Positions 1 to 13,349 of a stretch of 64,000 nt of DNA are shown here, piece after piece (position 1 is the first letter of the stretch; the number at the start of each line of letters is the position of its first letter). The DNA comes from Mobula hypostoma. Taxonomy: Eukaryota. The stretch lies in contig NC_086097.1 of the NCBI RefSeq assembly GCF_963921235.1, positions 155,746,001 to 155,810,000 of the forward strand, read 5' to 3'. Both the position numbers and the translations under genes were made by a program. The notes beneath the pieces were generated by a model. It made no database searches. It was not told the DNA's origin and saw nothing but the letters and a program-made list of their open reading frames with translations.

Positions 1-3000
1 TAACGGTTGAGAAGGGCCCAACACTAACATTGCAAGCTTTGACATTGTAAGAATGCATGGATTATTAATGATTGTGCAACTTGAACCAGTGAGCACCATA
101 AAGCATCTTTTGATTCTTCAATCTATGCTCCTGTTATGTCAGATGCCTGGCTCGAAGCTTCACCCTACAAAGCTAATTACAGATTGAAGATGAACAGGTC
201 ACAGGAGCTGACAGACTTGTGTGTACTGAGGTCAAAAGGACTGAATAACTCTCAGGGTAAAGATAAACTTTTGAGGCATAAAGAATCTTGAGGCTTTAAA
301 ATTATTTACATTGGTATCTTTCAAACAATACGCATTTTATTTCTATCTCCACCCCCACCCCCCTATTTTTACCAAGTTTCAAATGTAACTCTGGTTCATT
401 AGTTCTCATTCCATTGAATTTACGTCTCATGTCACCAGTTCTGGTTTGATTAGTTCTTGCTTAAGGCCCCACTGGAAGTCAGATTTCCCATCCCTTAAAA
501 CAGAAGGGTTTTGAAGCTTGGGTTTATGTAACAAAATACTTGAAGCTGCTAGCAAACAAAATATATAACAGTGACACAGAAAAGGTAACCATTGCCTTTG
601 TAATAGGGATATGATTTATGGAGCATCTTAAAGGAAGAGATTAAGATGGATGTCAGGAGTTTCAGGAGAGAATTGCAGACCTTACAGGAACAAACTGCTG
701 GAAGAACTCTTTAGATTAAGCAATATCTGCGACAGGAAAGGAATTGTCAATGTTTTGATCTTGATTCTGCATTTTGATCAGACATGTTGACAATCCACTT
801 CCAACCCCCACCTTGACGGATACTGCTGAACTTGCTGAATTCCTCCAGTCGGTGTAAAATCCTGTAGGCATGTAGTACTACTAGGCTCAAGTACAGCTTC
901 TATTCTGAAGTAATAAGCTTACTAATGGTACCATGGTATTATAAATTGGACTCTTAACCTCTCAATCTATCTAATGATGTTTACCTGACTGTCCTGAACG
1001 TGTTTAGTTTGAGTGCCCAGATAAGTACAATTTTATGATAAATACAACATCCCATACAGATTTCTTATGGAGCAATAATTTTTTTCTAGTTGAATATGGG
1101 ACATGGACAAAGCCCTCTTTGCTTCGAACATCCCTTCTGCTTCTCTCTTTTTCTCCCCCAGCTGGGAAGATTACAATTAAATTTTCACTTTGTTTTTGAT
1201 GTCCGTAGTGATCACTGGCTTGAAATTGACCCATGTAGATTGGGTGATTGTGCAGAGAAATAATGTGAGCTGTAAGACAGCCCACGTAAGAAACTAATTT
1301 TCCATTTAAATATTACATTCCATTCAATTGCTGGCAACTTTGCAAGGCAATGATTTTGTCTGCAGCAAGTTCTCACAGATTGATCAGTAATAGATAATCT
1401 TTTTCAAAGAAGTGTTGATGAGGAATATGTATTTTACAGACCCCAGCTAACATTCAGAATCTTTATCTTTACAATGTTAGATTGGATCATATATTCACCT
1501 GTAGGGGGAGATGGAGACTTACTTTAATGTCTCTTCTGAAGGACGTGTAATGAGAAGGTTAAAAACAGATATTTTTACTCAAAATGGAGTTGTCAGTGCA
1601 CTGTCTCCACAATGAGCAGGTATTTTAATCAGGAAGATAAGTGAAACAAGTAGCCTTGATTCATGGGGTCCTTGAGACCTGGAAGCATGCAAACGTGAGA
1701 CATTAGGACTGTGAAATGATGTTTTTTTTCTCTTGGAGATGAGCAAGACTGGTTCAGCTGACAATGTAAAATTTGTTAAGATATAATTAGGTTTAGAATT
1801 GCATCTGACTGGAATGTATAGATTAGAAACAAATAGAGGGTTTTCTTGATTATATAAGTGTGAGTAGTAAGCAAGCTCATTGGACTCTCGGACCGGAATC
1901 ATGATCAGTTCCAGGGATCTTCGAGGTTGTCCAAACCAGTCATGTAAATTGGAGTACGTGACAGGCAAAAAGGTATGAAACTTGTTCTTTCATCGATCAT
2001 TCTACACTGAAGCAATTCTTCAAAATCTGATTATTTCCAGTTACAAGAAAGCAATATCAACAGTGCAAGAAACCCTCAGGGCTACACAACAGTGTCCTGA
2101 ATGAAGTTGTGCTGCAGTACTGTAAAACTATAGCAGATGCCTTCCTATATTGGGGGGCGGGTGTGGGGGGGGGATAAGTCAACCATTCGGACTTGAGAAC
2201 AACATATCAGAATATTTGCTACATAGTGTAAAGCTAGAGCGGAGAAAGTAATTTAAGGCTGCAAGTAGAGAAATCATTCAAGGTAATCCAGAAGGAAATA
2301 GATAAAAATTGAAAAGGCTAAATTAATGATGTTTTCCACTCAAGGTGTTGGAATACAAAAGGTAGAAGTTTTGTAACAGTTGACAAGAGCTCTGCTTAGA
2401 ATGACACGACAGTAAGGTTTTGAATGCAGCACAAAGTCCCTCTGCAAGGATAGATTGGTTTTGGGTGAAGTACACCTCATATTCATACTATGAAACCACA
2501 AATAAATGTTTAAATCAAGAGGATAGTTTCATGAATTTCCTGCACATTGAAAATCAAGGGATAAAATCATTGAAAAGTTTAAGATGATTAAATCTCATTA
2601 AATTTGCCTTTCAGTCCCTCAGGATCAAGGACGACTTACTTCAGTTTTCTGTGTTCTGATGCAGCTGATGAAGTCAATGTGTAATTGAAAGATGATACGG
2701 TGTAATCCGGCCTTCTGTGTGCTACTCAGAGTGGCATGAAGGACATCTGTTACAGTAGCCTCATTTTCAAAGAGCTTTGTGCTTTTTCTCGGACATAGAA
2801 CATGAGGAAGAGTCAATGGAGGCAGATTGGGAATGTATCTCGGAGGAGAGAATTCACGAAGGGGTAAAAGGTGGAAGGTCAGTGAAAGCAGAAGAGTTGC
2901 CATGCCCAGATCATGAATAGAAGGATACTCAATGGCAGGGGGTTGTAGAGAGGTTGAGGAGAGAGTAAATATTGGAGCAGGCCTAATGATGTGTTGAGGA

Positions 3001-3039
3001 AAGGAGATTCAGGGACAAAGAGGATTGAGGATCGTGGAG

Positions 3040-3042
<3 letters not shown>

Positions 3043-3083
<41 letters not shown>
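3043..3083. repeat. (AG)n microsatellite, about 20 units
   Basis: Uninterrupted AG run visible in the sequence. Confidence 0.98.
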
Positions 3084-3087
<4 letters not shown>

Positions 3088-3529
3088 AGGAAGAGGAGGA
3101 AGAAGGGGTACGTGTATGTGAATCTAGCCTCATGTGTGCGTGTGAGTGCATGTGTAATGATAGGAGACTCTGTGCACCTGTTTATACATGTGTCCTAACA
3201 CCCATGCCAGATATTCTGTTCTACAGTCCTTGTTGCCATTGGGCCAAGATCCCACCCTGTCAACTCTATTCTTAGCTTGTGCTTAATGAAAATTTGATTA
3301 AAAGAAGTCACATATAGGCGACTTACCCGTGTAGTGTGAAGTTCTTAATCTTGAACATTAGGATCCTCATTAGGATTATCAGCAACATTCAGAAAGGGGT
3401 TGACTGTTGCTTCCTCTTGTACCTCCTGAAGGTCAGACTGAGTGAGAGATGACAGGCAGGAGATGCTCAACCTAATCCTCCAGAGCAGGCATATGTTCTT
3501 GTTGAGTGGCAAATTGGAAGAGGATAATA

Positions 3530-3760
3530 CACATGGCACTATTAAAGCACAAGTGATTTGGGTTCAACTCGCATTTGTCTGTATGGAGTTTATGCATTCG
3601 ACCTGTGACCACGTGTGTTTCCTCTGGGTGATCTGGTTTCCTCATTCCAAAGCTGTATGGGTTAGTAGGTTAATTGGGTCATATGGTTGTAATTGGGTAA
3701 TACAGTTGGGGCAGAAGGGCCTGTTACATGCTGTACCTCTATATAAATATTTAAAAAATT
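3530..3760 (+). mobile_element. Degenerate HE1/V-SINE-like SINE
   Basis: V-domain-like GTCTGTATGGAGTTT...GTGTGTTTCCTCTGGGTG...GGTTTCC and CR1-like tail GGGCAGAAGGGCCTGTT; resembles copies near 37150 and 42435. Confidence 0.6.
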
Positions 3761-5484
3761 TAAAAACCATGGGATTAACTCAGCAGGTCTGGTAGTATTA
3801 ATTAGAGAGAAATGGATAGTTGAAGGTTCAGGATGAAACCCTTCCACTAGACTCCTTCATCTCGTTTGGTGGAGGAATATTTACTTCTTGGGGTAGGTAT
3901 CTCTGTTAAGAGTTAATTAGTCTGCCTCTCCGGGCCCTCAGACTCACTCTCGTGCCAAACCAGCACACTGTGCACATCAGCAACAGCGTCAGTGAGGAAT
4001 TTTTGGAAATCAGTTGCTGGAAGCTATAAACAAGACCTTGTATTTGCACTTGAGAAAAGCTCCAGTCCGCTTCACAGAAGATAAATTGAAAGGGTTTGAC
4101 AGGAAGGAGAGGTTGGGAAAAGGTAACCACATGGAGGATTCCTCCTGACAAAATGGAGTATAATCCTGTTGTCACCTATTTAATCAGGGGACAAACAAAT
4201 AATTATCTTATCCAGATATTGATAGCTATTGGGTTAGATTCTACAAGGATTTGCATGTGACCCACATCATGTCTGGTTCTAGTGACTTTTGAGTTCCAGT
4301 TGCCTCTTTCTTTAATTCTTTATTCCACTCCCTCACACTGACCTATCCTACCTTCATGTTCCACTCCTCATGTCAGCTTGTTGCAAACCAAGGGATTCAA
4401 TATTTAGTTCAAAAATTTTTGATTACCAACTTTCCTGTTTCTGCGAAAACTGGCCAGTTATGATAACAGGATAAATTGATTCAATGTGAATCTGCAAAGT
4501 GTTTGCAGAGTGCTGTTTACTTCAGGTTTTCAGCAACAGCTGTGTTCTGCTTTAGCAGTTCCACTGTAAATCTTTTTAATCTCTACAGCCTCTCATCTCT
4601 CTCTACTTTCACTCTGATCAACCACAATTAACAAGCATTCATTACATTCTTCTAAAAGGCACCAACAACATTTGGATCACCTAGATATTCTTTCACAGAA
4701 ATTCCAAATTTCACGGAAATTCCCATTATTATTTTTACCATTCTGCCTCTCTGCAACTATTCTCACTTGTCCAGTTCTGGCAAAAGTCCTTGATTGGAAA
4801 TATTCACTCTGTTTCTGTCTTCACTGTGGGGGGTAGTGATATTCCCAGGGAATGATATGATCCCTGAGCTTACCTCAGACATTTCTGTCTAAACATTTGC
4901 ACTATTCCAACTGTACCTCTGAAAAGGGCCACTCGGTATGTGCAAGGTGTTGATTAATATACTCTAGTATGCATACTTCTCCATTAATATCACATACATT
5001 ATTTATTCAGTTTGAAGATTCTAATATTGCATCTATCTCCTCATTCATCTTTAATCATCAGTTTTGGTTTTCAGCTACATGGATGTGAATCCTGAATGCT
5101 CACACATTGCAACTTCTGCTCAGTCAGATGTTCTAAATGCAGAGCACAATGAGAAAACTGGACTGTGGAAGTGCTACAGGAAAATCAAAGTATTGTTGCC
5201 ATCGAGAATTTAAAAGATCAAAGATATAACATTCACCTGGAATGTCCATTATCCTGACACAGCAGGAAGAGAGAAACTTTGGAAATACGCATTCAACCAT
5301 GTGTGCCCAACGTGCCATGATGCTACAAAAGTTATCTGCCTCTAAGAGCATGTTAGCCTGAAGACAGTGGAGTTGAACATTCTTCTTCTACTCCTAAAAC
5401 TAGATGACAGTGTAAATCCAGTGGCGAAATTTATCATTGCCTAGTTATATTGCAAGTATATTGCAAGTAGTGCCATAACTTCTA

Positions 5485-6290
5485 GCTCAATGTCAGCAAG
5501 ACCAAGAAACTGATGAGTGATTTCAAGAGAAGGAAACCCGAGGTCCATGAGCCAGTCCTCATTGGAGGATCAGGAGTAGAGAGTGCCAGCAGCTTTAATT
5601 TCCCAGCTGTTATTTTGGAGGATCTGTCCTGGGCCCAGAACAATTACAAGAAGAAAACATGGCAGTGCGTCTACTTCCTTAGGAGTTTGTGGAGATTTGG
5701 CATAACATCTAAAACTTGGACAAGCTTCTATAGATTGAGAGTATATTGACTGGTTGCATCACAGCCTGTAATGGAAACACCAACATCCTTGAACTGAAAA
5801 TCCTACAAAAGGTAATGGATATGTCCCAGTCAATCAGAGGCAAAGCCCTCCTGACCATGAGCACATCTACATAGAGTGTTGTCGCAATAAAGTAGCATCC
5901 ATGATCAAGGACCCCATTATTCAGGCCATGCTCTCTTTTCACTGTTGCCATCTGGAAGAAGGTACAGGAACTTCATGTCTCAGACCACCAGGTTCAGGAA
6001 CAGTTATTACCCCTCAACCATCGGGCTCTTCACTCAACTTCATTTGCACCATCACTGAAATGTTCCCACAGCCTATGGACTCACTTTCAAGGACTCTTCA
6101 TCTCATGTTGATATTTATTGCTTATTTATTATTATTTCTTTCTTTTAGTACTTGCACAGTTTGTTGTCTTTTGCATGCTGGTTCTACACCCAGCTGGTGT
6201 GGTGTTTCATTGACTCTATTATGGTTATTGGATTTATTGAGTATGCCTGCAAGAAAATTAATCTCAGGATTGTATATGGTGACATACATG
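5485..6290 (+). mobile_element. Rex1/Babar-like LINE 3' fragment (RT C-terminus and 3' UTR), degenerate
   Basis: Frames give NVSKTKKLMSDFKRR..EPVLIGGSGVE..DLSWAQ..YFLRSLWRFG..IKDP..LFSLLPSGRRYR, with stops and frameshifts. Confidence 0.8.
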
Positions 6291-6790
6291 AATCAGAATC
6301 AGGTTTACTATCACCAGCATGTGTCGTGAAATTTGTTAACTTAGCAGCAGCAGTTCAATGCAATACATATTATGGAATAAATCAATCAATCAATTACAGT
6401 ATACATATTTTGAATAGATTGAAAATCGTGCAAAAAACAGAAGTAATATATGTTAAAAAAGTGAGGTTGTGTTCAAGAGTTCAATATCCATTTAGGAATC
6501 GGATGGCAGAGGGGAAGAAGCTGTTCCTGAATTGCTGAGTGTGTACCTTCAGGCTTCTGCACCTCCTACCTGATGATAACAGTGAGAAAAGGGCATGCCC
6601 TGGGTGCTGGAGTTTCTTAATAAGAAGGTGTCTTTCTGAGACACCGCTCCTTGAAGTTGTCCTAGGTACTTTATAGACTAGTTGACTAAATTTACAACCC
6701 TCTGCAGCTTCTTCCAGTCCTGTGCAGTAGCCCCTCCACCCCATACCAGACAGTGATGCAGCCTGTCAGAATGCTCTGCATGGTACAACT
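6290..6790 (-). mobile_element. Rex1/Babar-like LINE 3' fragment
   Basis: Minus ORF 6481-6744 contains HPGHALFSLLSSGRRCRSLKVHTQQFRNSFFPSAIRFLN. Confidence 0.8.
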
Positions 6791-6981
6791 ATGGAAGGAG
6801 ATGGATACAAGAAAATTTCTAAGTCACTGAATATCCCTTGGACTACAGCTAATTTGATCATTAAGAAATGAAAAGAATATGGCACAGCTGTAAATCTGCC
6901 TAAAGCAAGCAGTCCTCAAAAACTGGGTGACCGTGAAAGAAGGGGTCTAGTGTGGGAGGCCACCAAAAGACCTATGACAAC

Positions 6982-9539
6982 ACAATAAAAAAGTGTTGGG
7001 CAAACTCAAAAGTCATCTGGGCCAGATGGACTACATCCCAGAGTCCTGAGAGAAGTTGGTGAAGAGATAATAGATGTATTGGTCACGATCTTTCAAGAAT
7101 CTCTGGATTCTGGCATGGTCCTAGAGGACTGGAAGATAGAAAATGACACTCCACTCTTTAAGAACTGAGGAAGGCAAAAGAAAGGAAATTATAGGATTGT
7201 TTGTCTAACCTCAGTGGTTGGGAAAGTGTTGGAATCTATTATTAAGGATGAGGTTTTGAGGTACTTGAAGACTAATGATAAGATAAGTCAAAGTCAGCAT
7301 GGTGCCTGTAAAGGTAAATCTTGCCTGACAAATCTGTTAGAGTTCTTTGAGGAAGTAACAAGCAGCATGGACAAAGGAGAGGCAATGAATGTCATTTACT
7401 TGGATTTTCAAAAGGTGTTTGATAAGCTGCCAACATAAGGCTGCTTAACAAGCTAACATCCTATGGCATTACAGGAAAGATATTGGCATGGATAGCAGAA
7501 TGGCTGACAACCAGGAGGCAGTGAGTGAGAATAGAAGGGGCCTTTTCTGGTTGGCTGCCAGTGAGTAGTGGTGTTCTTCAAGGGTTAGTATTGGGACTGC
7601 TGCTTTTCACATTGTTTGTCAATAATTTAATAATGGAATTGATGGCTATGTGGCAAATTTTGCAGATGGTACGTGGAAGTGAAGGGGTAGGTAGTGCTGA
7701 GGAAGCAATGCGACAGCAGCAGGCCTTAGACAAATTGGAAGAAAGGGTAAAAAAGTGGCAGATGGAATACAGTGTTGGGAAATGTATGATAATGCATTTG
7801 GTAAAAGGAACAATAGTGCAGACTATTATCTAAGTGGGGAAAAAGTTCAAACATCAGCGGTGCAGAGGGACTTGGGTGTCCTTACACAAGACTCCCAGAA
7901 GTTTAGTTTAAAAGTTGAGTCTGTGGTGAAGAAGGAAAATGTAATGTTGTCATTTACTTCAAGATGAATAGAATATAAAAGCAAAGAGATAATGTTGAGC
8001 CTTTGTAAGACACTGGTCAGGCTGCACTTAGAGCATTGTCAACAGTTTTGGGCACCGTATCTCAGAAAGGATATGTTGTCATTGGAGAGAGTCCAGAGGA
8101 GGTTTATGAGAATGACTCCGGGAATGAAGGGGTTAACATATGAGGAGCATTTGGCAGCTGTACTCACTGGAATGTAGAAGAATGCGGGGGTTCTCTTTGA
8201 AACCTACTGAATATTGAAAGCACTAGATAAGGTGGATGAGGAGAAGATGTTTCCTATGGTGGGAATATCCAGAAGTAGACGGCACAGCCTCAAAATTGAG
8301 GGGCGACCTTTTAGTGCGCATGCGCCGGTCGTGCATGCAGCCTATTACAGCCGTTCCAACCACTATTCTTACTTTTTTCTTCTTACTTTTTAACTTACGT
8401 TATTTTTTGTATTTTTTTTTCTTGGTAACATGTTGAAGCTGCACCCCCTCTAACATACTGGTAGAGAGAGTTTTATTTGGGTTTTTAGCGCTGGAAATAG
8501 TTACATTCCGACACGTCTCATTAGCGGGGTAGAAGTATGGTCGCATTGTTTATTCCAGGGACCAGCTGATTGAGCTTATGCTGGCCGGTTTAATGAGCAG
8601 AGCGGCGGACACCCCTGCTGAAATCTGGAGGAAAACACACAGAGGATGCAGAGGGGGTTCACAAAGGTGAGGAAAGAGGACCGGGTCGAGACAACAGAAA
8701 CTTATGGAGAAGAGGAGTTCGGTGGGTAATAAAATGGATGAGTTCACGGCGCTAGCCAGGCGTCAGAGAACATTTCAGGAGTGCAGTGTTATGTGTTTTA
8801 CTGGAACAGGGCTGCACGAGAACATACCCTATCAAAACTTTTCCATGGACGGATGCCAGACCGTTTGGGCTGACCAGAAGTGCACTGAGAGCGGGAAGCT
8901 TAAAGGAGTTGGGTGCTTACTGTTCTGGTTAACAACGGATGGTGCAATCCAGGTCATATTACGATCGAGGAACGTATTTGTAGACCAGATATTGAACTTT
9001 TTGCTGTTGGATTCTGGCCATATTCCACTGAGATACAACACTGGGCATCATGGGAGGTTGTTCCTGCCTGTGGCCATCGAACTTTGTAGCTCCTTCCGTG
9101 GAGGGTCAGACACCCTGAGCCAATAGGCTGGTCCTGGACTTATTTCCATCTGGCATAGTTTGCATTTTGTTGTTTGATTGTTTGTGGTTTTTGTATTGCT
9201 ATATTTATGCTCTATTCTTGGTTGGTGTGGCTGTAACAAAACCCAATTTCCCTCGGGATCAATAAAGTATATCTATCTATCTATCTAAGGAGGAAATTTT
9301 ATAGTCAGAGAGTTGTAAATCTGTGGAATGCTCTGCCACAAATTGTGGTGGAGGCCAAGTCCATGCGCATATTGAAGGCGGAAGTTGATTGTTTCCTGTT
9401 CAGTCATGGTATCAAAGGATATGGCGAGATGGCAGGTGTATGGGGTTGAGTTGGATCCGGGATCAGCAATGATGGAATGGCAAAGCAGACTCGATGGGCT
9501 GAATGGCTTATTTCTGCTCCTATGTCTTATGGTCTTGTC
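6982..9539 (+). mobile_element. 5'-truncated CR1 LINE (ORF2 RT region and 3' UTR), inserted in Tc1
   Basis: GPDGLHPRVLRE, SCLTNLLEFFEEVT, IYLDFQKVFDK, SGVLQG, LVRLHLEHCQQFWAPYLRKD; tail TATGTCTTATGGTCTT; CAAC duplicated at 6978-6981 and 9540-9543. Confidence 0.92.
8315..9286 (+). mobile_element. Internally deleted Rex1/Babar-like LINE (5' UTR and endonuclease N-terminus fused to 3' end), nested in CR1
   Basis: ORF 8704 SVGNKMDE..RTFQECSVMCFT resembles an APE N-terminus; jumps near 9025 to PLRYNT..RLFLPVAIEL (ORF C-terminus); AATAAA plus (ATCT)n tail; CR1 resumes after it. Confidence 0.8.
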
Positions 9540-10504
9540 CAACTCTAGAGGAGTTATGAGATTCAGTGGCTGAGATGGGAGAGACTGCGCACATAACAGC
9601 TTTTGCCTGGGTGCTTCACCAGTCATAGCTTGATGTTGAAAAAATCTCACATGAAATATTGGCTAGAGTTTGCCAGAAGGCATGTGAGAAACTCTGAAGT
9701 TAGCTGGAAAAAATGTTCTCTGGCTTGACAAAACAAAAATTGAGCTCCTTGGCCACGTGTCTAAACGCTATGTTTGGTGTAAGCCAAATACCGCACAGAA
9801 TCAAAAACACACTATCCCTACCGTGAAACATGGTGGTGACTGCATCACGCTATGAGGATGCTTCACTGCAGCAGGCCCTGGATAGCTTGTGAAGATAGAG
9901 AGTAAAATGAATGTAGCAAAATACAGGGAAATACTGGAGGAAAACCTGATGCAGTCTGCATGAGAACTGTGATTTAGGTTCCACCAAGACAATGAGTCTA
10001 AGCATAAAGCCATAGATACACTGCAATAGCTTAAAACATCAAAGTCGATGTCCTGGAGTGGCCAAGTCAGAATCCAGACCTGATTTCCATTGAGAATTTG
10101 TGGCTGGACTTGAAAGGGGGTGATCACTCATGATCCCTATGCAATCTGACAGAGCTTGAGCAGTTTTATAAAGAAGAATAAGGTAAAATTGCAGTGTCCA
10201 GATGTGCAAAGCTGATAGAGACCTAGCCACACAGACTGAAGACTATAATTGATGCCAAAGTGCATCTACTAAATACAATCTTGAAGTGGGTGAATACTTT
10301 TGCAATCACTTATTTTGTTTCACCTTTGTAATTAATTTAGATCACTTTGTTGAGACCTGTCTTCACTTTGACATGAATGTGTCTTTTTCTGTTGATCAGC
10401 ATCAAAAAAGCCAAATTAAATCCACTGTGATTCAATTTTGTAAATAAAACAATAAAACGTGAAAAATTCCAAGAAGGGTGAATACTTTTTATAGGCACTG
10501 TATT

Positions 10505-11160
10505 AGTGCAAAAGAAGTACTGATGTAGTGCTCATTGGTTCAATATTCATTCAGAAATCAGATGGCAGAGGGGAAGAAATTGTTCCTGAATCATTGAGTG
10601 TGTGCATTCAGGCTCCTGTACCTCCTTCCTGATGGTAGCAATGAGAAGTGGGCATGTCCTGGGTGTGATGGCGGCCCTTAATGATGGATGGCACCTTTCT
10701 GAGGCACCGCTCCTCAAGATGTCCTGAATGCTATGGAGGCTAGTGCCCATGATGGAGATGACCGAGTTCACAACTTTCTGCAGCTTCTTTTGGCAAAAGC
10801 CCCCCCCCCCCCGCCCACTATACAAGATGGTGATGTAGCCAGTTAGAATGCTAACCATGGTACATCTGTAGATATTTACTAATGTCTTTGGTCACATACC
10901 AAATCTCCTCAAACTTCTAATGAAATTTGGCCACTGTTTTGTCTTCTTTACAACTGCATCAATATGTTGGGCCCAGGGTAGATCCTCAGAGACCTTGACA
11001 CCCAGAAACTTGAAATTGTTCACCCTTTCCGATTCTGATCCCTCCACGGACTGGTGTGTGTTCCTCATCTTAACCTGTCTGAAATCCACATTCAGTTCTT
11101 TGGTCTCACCGATGTTGAGTGGAAGGTTGTTGCTGCCACACTGCTCAACTAGCTGATAGT
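10505..11160 (-). mobile_element. Rex1/Babar-like LINE 3' fragment
   Basis: Minus ORF MDFRQVK..ERVNNFKFLGVKVSEDLPWAQHIDAVVKKTKQWPNFIRSLRRFGM. Confidence 0.85.
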
Positions 11161-11994
11161 ACTTTAATAATAAATTTACCTTAAACCCTGAATTTTTGAA
11201 CTTTCAATTTTATTCCCTCCTCTCTCTGCAATGCCTGTTAGATCTATTGAGTTATCAAAATGTCTGATATATATAAAAAAATAAAATGTTCAGAATGCAG
11301 GTGAATTGGAAAATATTCATTTTGATGCTCCAAGGAAATAACAGGATCTCTTCCTTTACACATGGCAATTTAAGTCAATGATTTCCTTCAGTGATCATGC
11401 TGAACAGCAGCTGATCATAACATAGCTGCAGTAATGAGCCTCTAGAATTTTAAATATACTAACATGGTCTAACAATCTGAATTCAGGGACGATGCTTATG
11501 TATGAGGGAAATCTAGAATCAAACTTTGGATACAACACTCAGAATGGAAGTGAGAATTGTCCTCACGTGGAAAGTGCTGAACATGTGAAATTCTCTGACA
11601 TATATATTCAATGATTCAGCTGTGGAGGTAAGTCTTTGAATATATTGAAGAAAGAGCTTAAAAATATTCTTCACACAGAAGACACCAAGGGGCATGGGCA
11701 GGAATGGGAATATGATCATTCATATTCATTTGGATAGAAGATCAGGCATCTGATCTATGTTGAATTGCAGTGCAGAATTAATACTGCTCTTATCTTTCTG
11801 TCTATGGAGAAGTTATTGAGATATTCAAATCAGCATAATGCCAAATAATTTGACTGTGCACCTGTGGAATGCTAGGCAGGTTCATTATTGAGCAATTCCT
11901 CATACATTTTCATAAAACTAAAAATAATCCTTGGAAAGGAAATATCAGTCAATGGTTTGGCCTGAGACCCTTCATCAGGGTTGGAAAGGAAGGG

Positions 11995-12355
11995 GGAAAT
12001 TTGGTAATGTACCAAATCTACTCAAGCCCCTTATTAAGTAGAGCTGCTGGCATGCTTTCTTCATTATTGCCTCAGTGTGTTGGGACCAGGAGAAATCCTC
12101 AGATTTTAACGTCCAGGAATTTAAACTGCTCATCATTTTCCCTGTTGAACCCTTAATGATGACTGGTGCATGCTCTCCCAACATCCCCTCCCTGAAATCC
12201 ACAAATAATTCCTTGGTCTTACTGACATTGTGTGCAATGTTGTTGTTGTAGCACCACTCAACAAGCTGATCTATCTCATTCCTCTACACTTCCTTGTTAT
12301 CATCTGAGATTTTACCAGCAGCAGTTGTGTTATCAGTGAATATATAGAGGGCATT
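11995..12355 (-). mobile_element. Rex1/Babar-like LINE RT fragment
   Basis: Minus ORF 11975-12202 MDFREG..HAPVII..EDFSWSQHTEAIMKKACQQLYLIRGLSRFG. Confidence 0.75.
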
Positions 12356-12400
12356 TGAGCTTTATACATGTCTATGGTTTAACAACAATAAACTTGAATT

Positions 12401-13318
12401 TTAACATCAACTTGAACACTCCCACTATCAATGGCATTTTCAAGGACCCTCACCATCTGGGATACACCCTCTTCTTGCTTACTGCTATCAGTGAGGAGGT
12501 ACAGGAGCCTAAAGACCCACACTCAATAGTTCAGGAACAGCTTCTTCCCTTCCACCATCAGATAGCTGAAAAGGCCATGAACATTACATCATTATCACTT
12601 TTTCACATCATTTTTTTATTTAGTTGTAATTTATAGTAAATTTATGTTTTTGCCATAGTACTAATGCTGTGAAACAACAAATTTCATGTCACATAAGGCA
12701 GTGATAATAATCCTGATCCTAATTTTAAAATGATGCAAACTAATGCAAACTTCCCAAGCAAGATACTTCAAGGTTAAAGCTTCAAGTTCACCATATACTG
12801 ATCTGAGATTCATTTCCTTATGGGTATTCTTAGTAAACACAAAGAAGCACAACAATAAAAAAACTACACAAAAAAAAGATGGAAAGACAAAAGATAAAGA
12901 CAAAATTTTGTGCAAATTATAAAAGGAAAATAAAATAATAATAAAAATAAGTAAATAGGTAATAAATAATATTGAGAACATGAGTTGTAAAGTCCTTGAA
13001 AATGCATCTATTGGATATGGAATCAGTTCAGTGTTGGGGTGAATGACATTATCTACTCTGGTTCAGGATACTGATGGTTGAAGGGTGATAACCTTCAACT
13101 TGAAGGTTAACATCAGCTTGAACACTCCCACTATCAATGGCATTTTCAAGGACCCTCACCATCTGGGATACACCCTCTTCTTGCTTACTGCTATCAGTGA
13201 GGAGGTACAGGAGCCTAAAGACCCACACTCAATAGTTCAGGAACAGCTTCTTCCCTTCCACCATCAGATAGCTGAAAAGGCCATGAACATTACATCATTA
13301 TCACTTTTTCACATCATT
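12401..13318 (+). repeat. Direct duplication of about 212 bp (12401-12612 and 13107-13318) of a decayed Rex1 3' fragment
   Basis: By-eye alignment shows one mismatch; the ORF track gives identical peptides LNTPTINGIFKDPHHLGYTLFLL...LFHII. Confidence 0.95.
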
Positions 13319-13349
13319 GTTATCTAAGGTTCAATGGTTTATATGTTAT

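Larger units (their letters stand above)
6795..10500 (+). mobile_element. Tc1-family DNA transposon relic (5' part lost), split by a CR1 insertion
   Basis: 6795-6981 encodes GYKKISKSLNIPW..EYGTAVNLP..EATKRPMT and resumes at 9540 with TLEE..AEMGET..LEFARRH..KIEL..PTVKHGG..PDL.PIENLW. Right TIR GGGTGAATACTTTTTATAGGCACTG ends at 10500, followed by TA. Confidence 0.9.

Noticed and set aside
5074..5212. Possible plus-strand terminal exon YMDVNPECSHIA...LPSRI*
   Set aside because: Acceptor-like site present but no recognisable homology or partner exons
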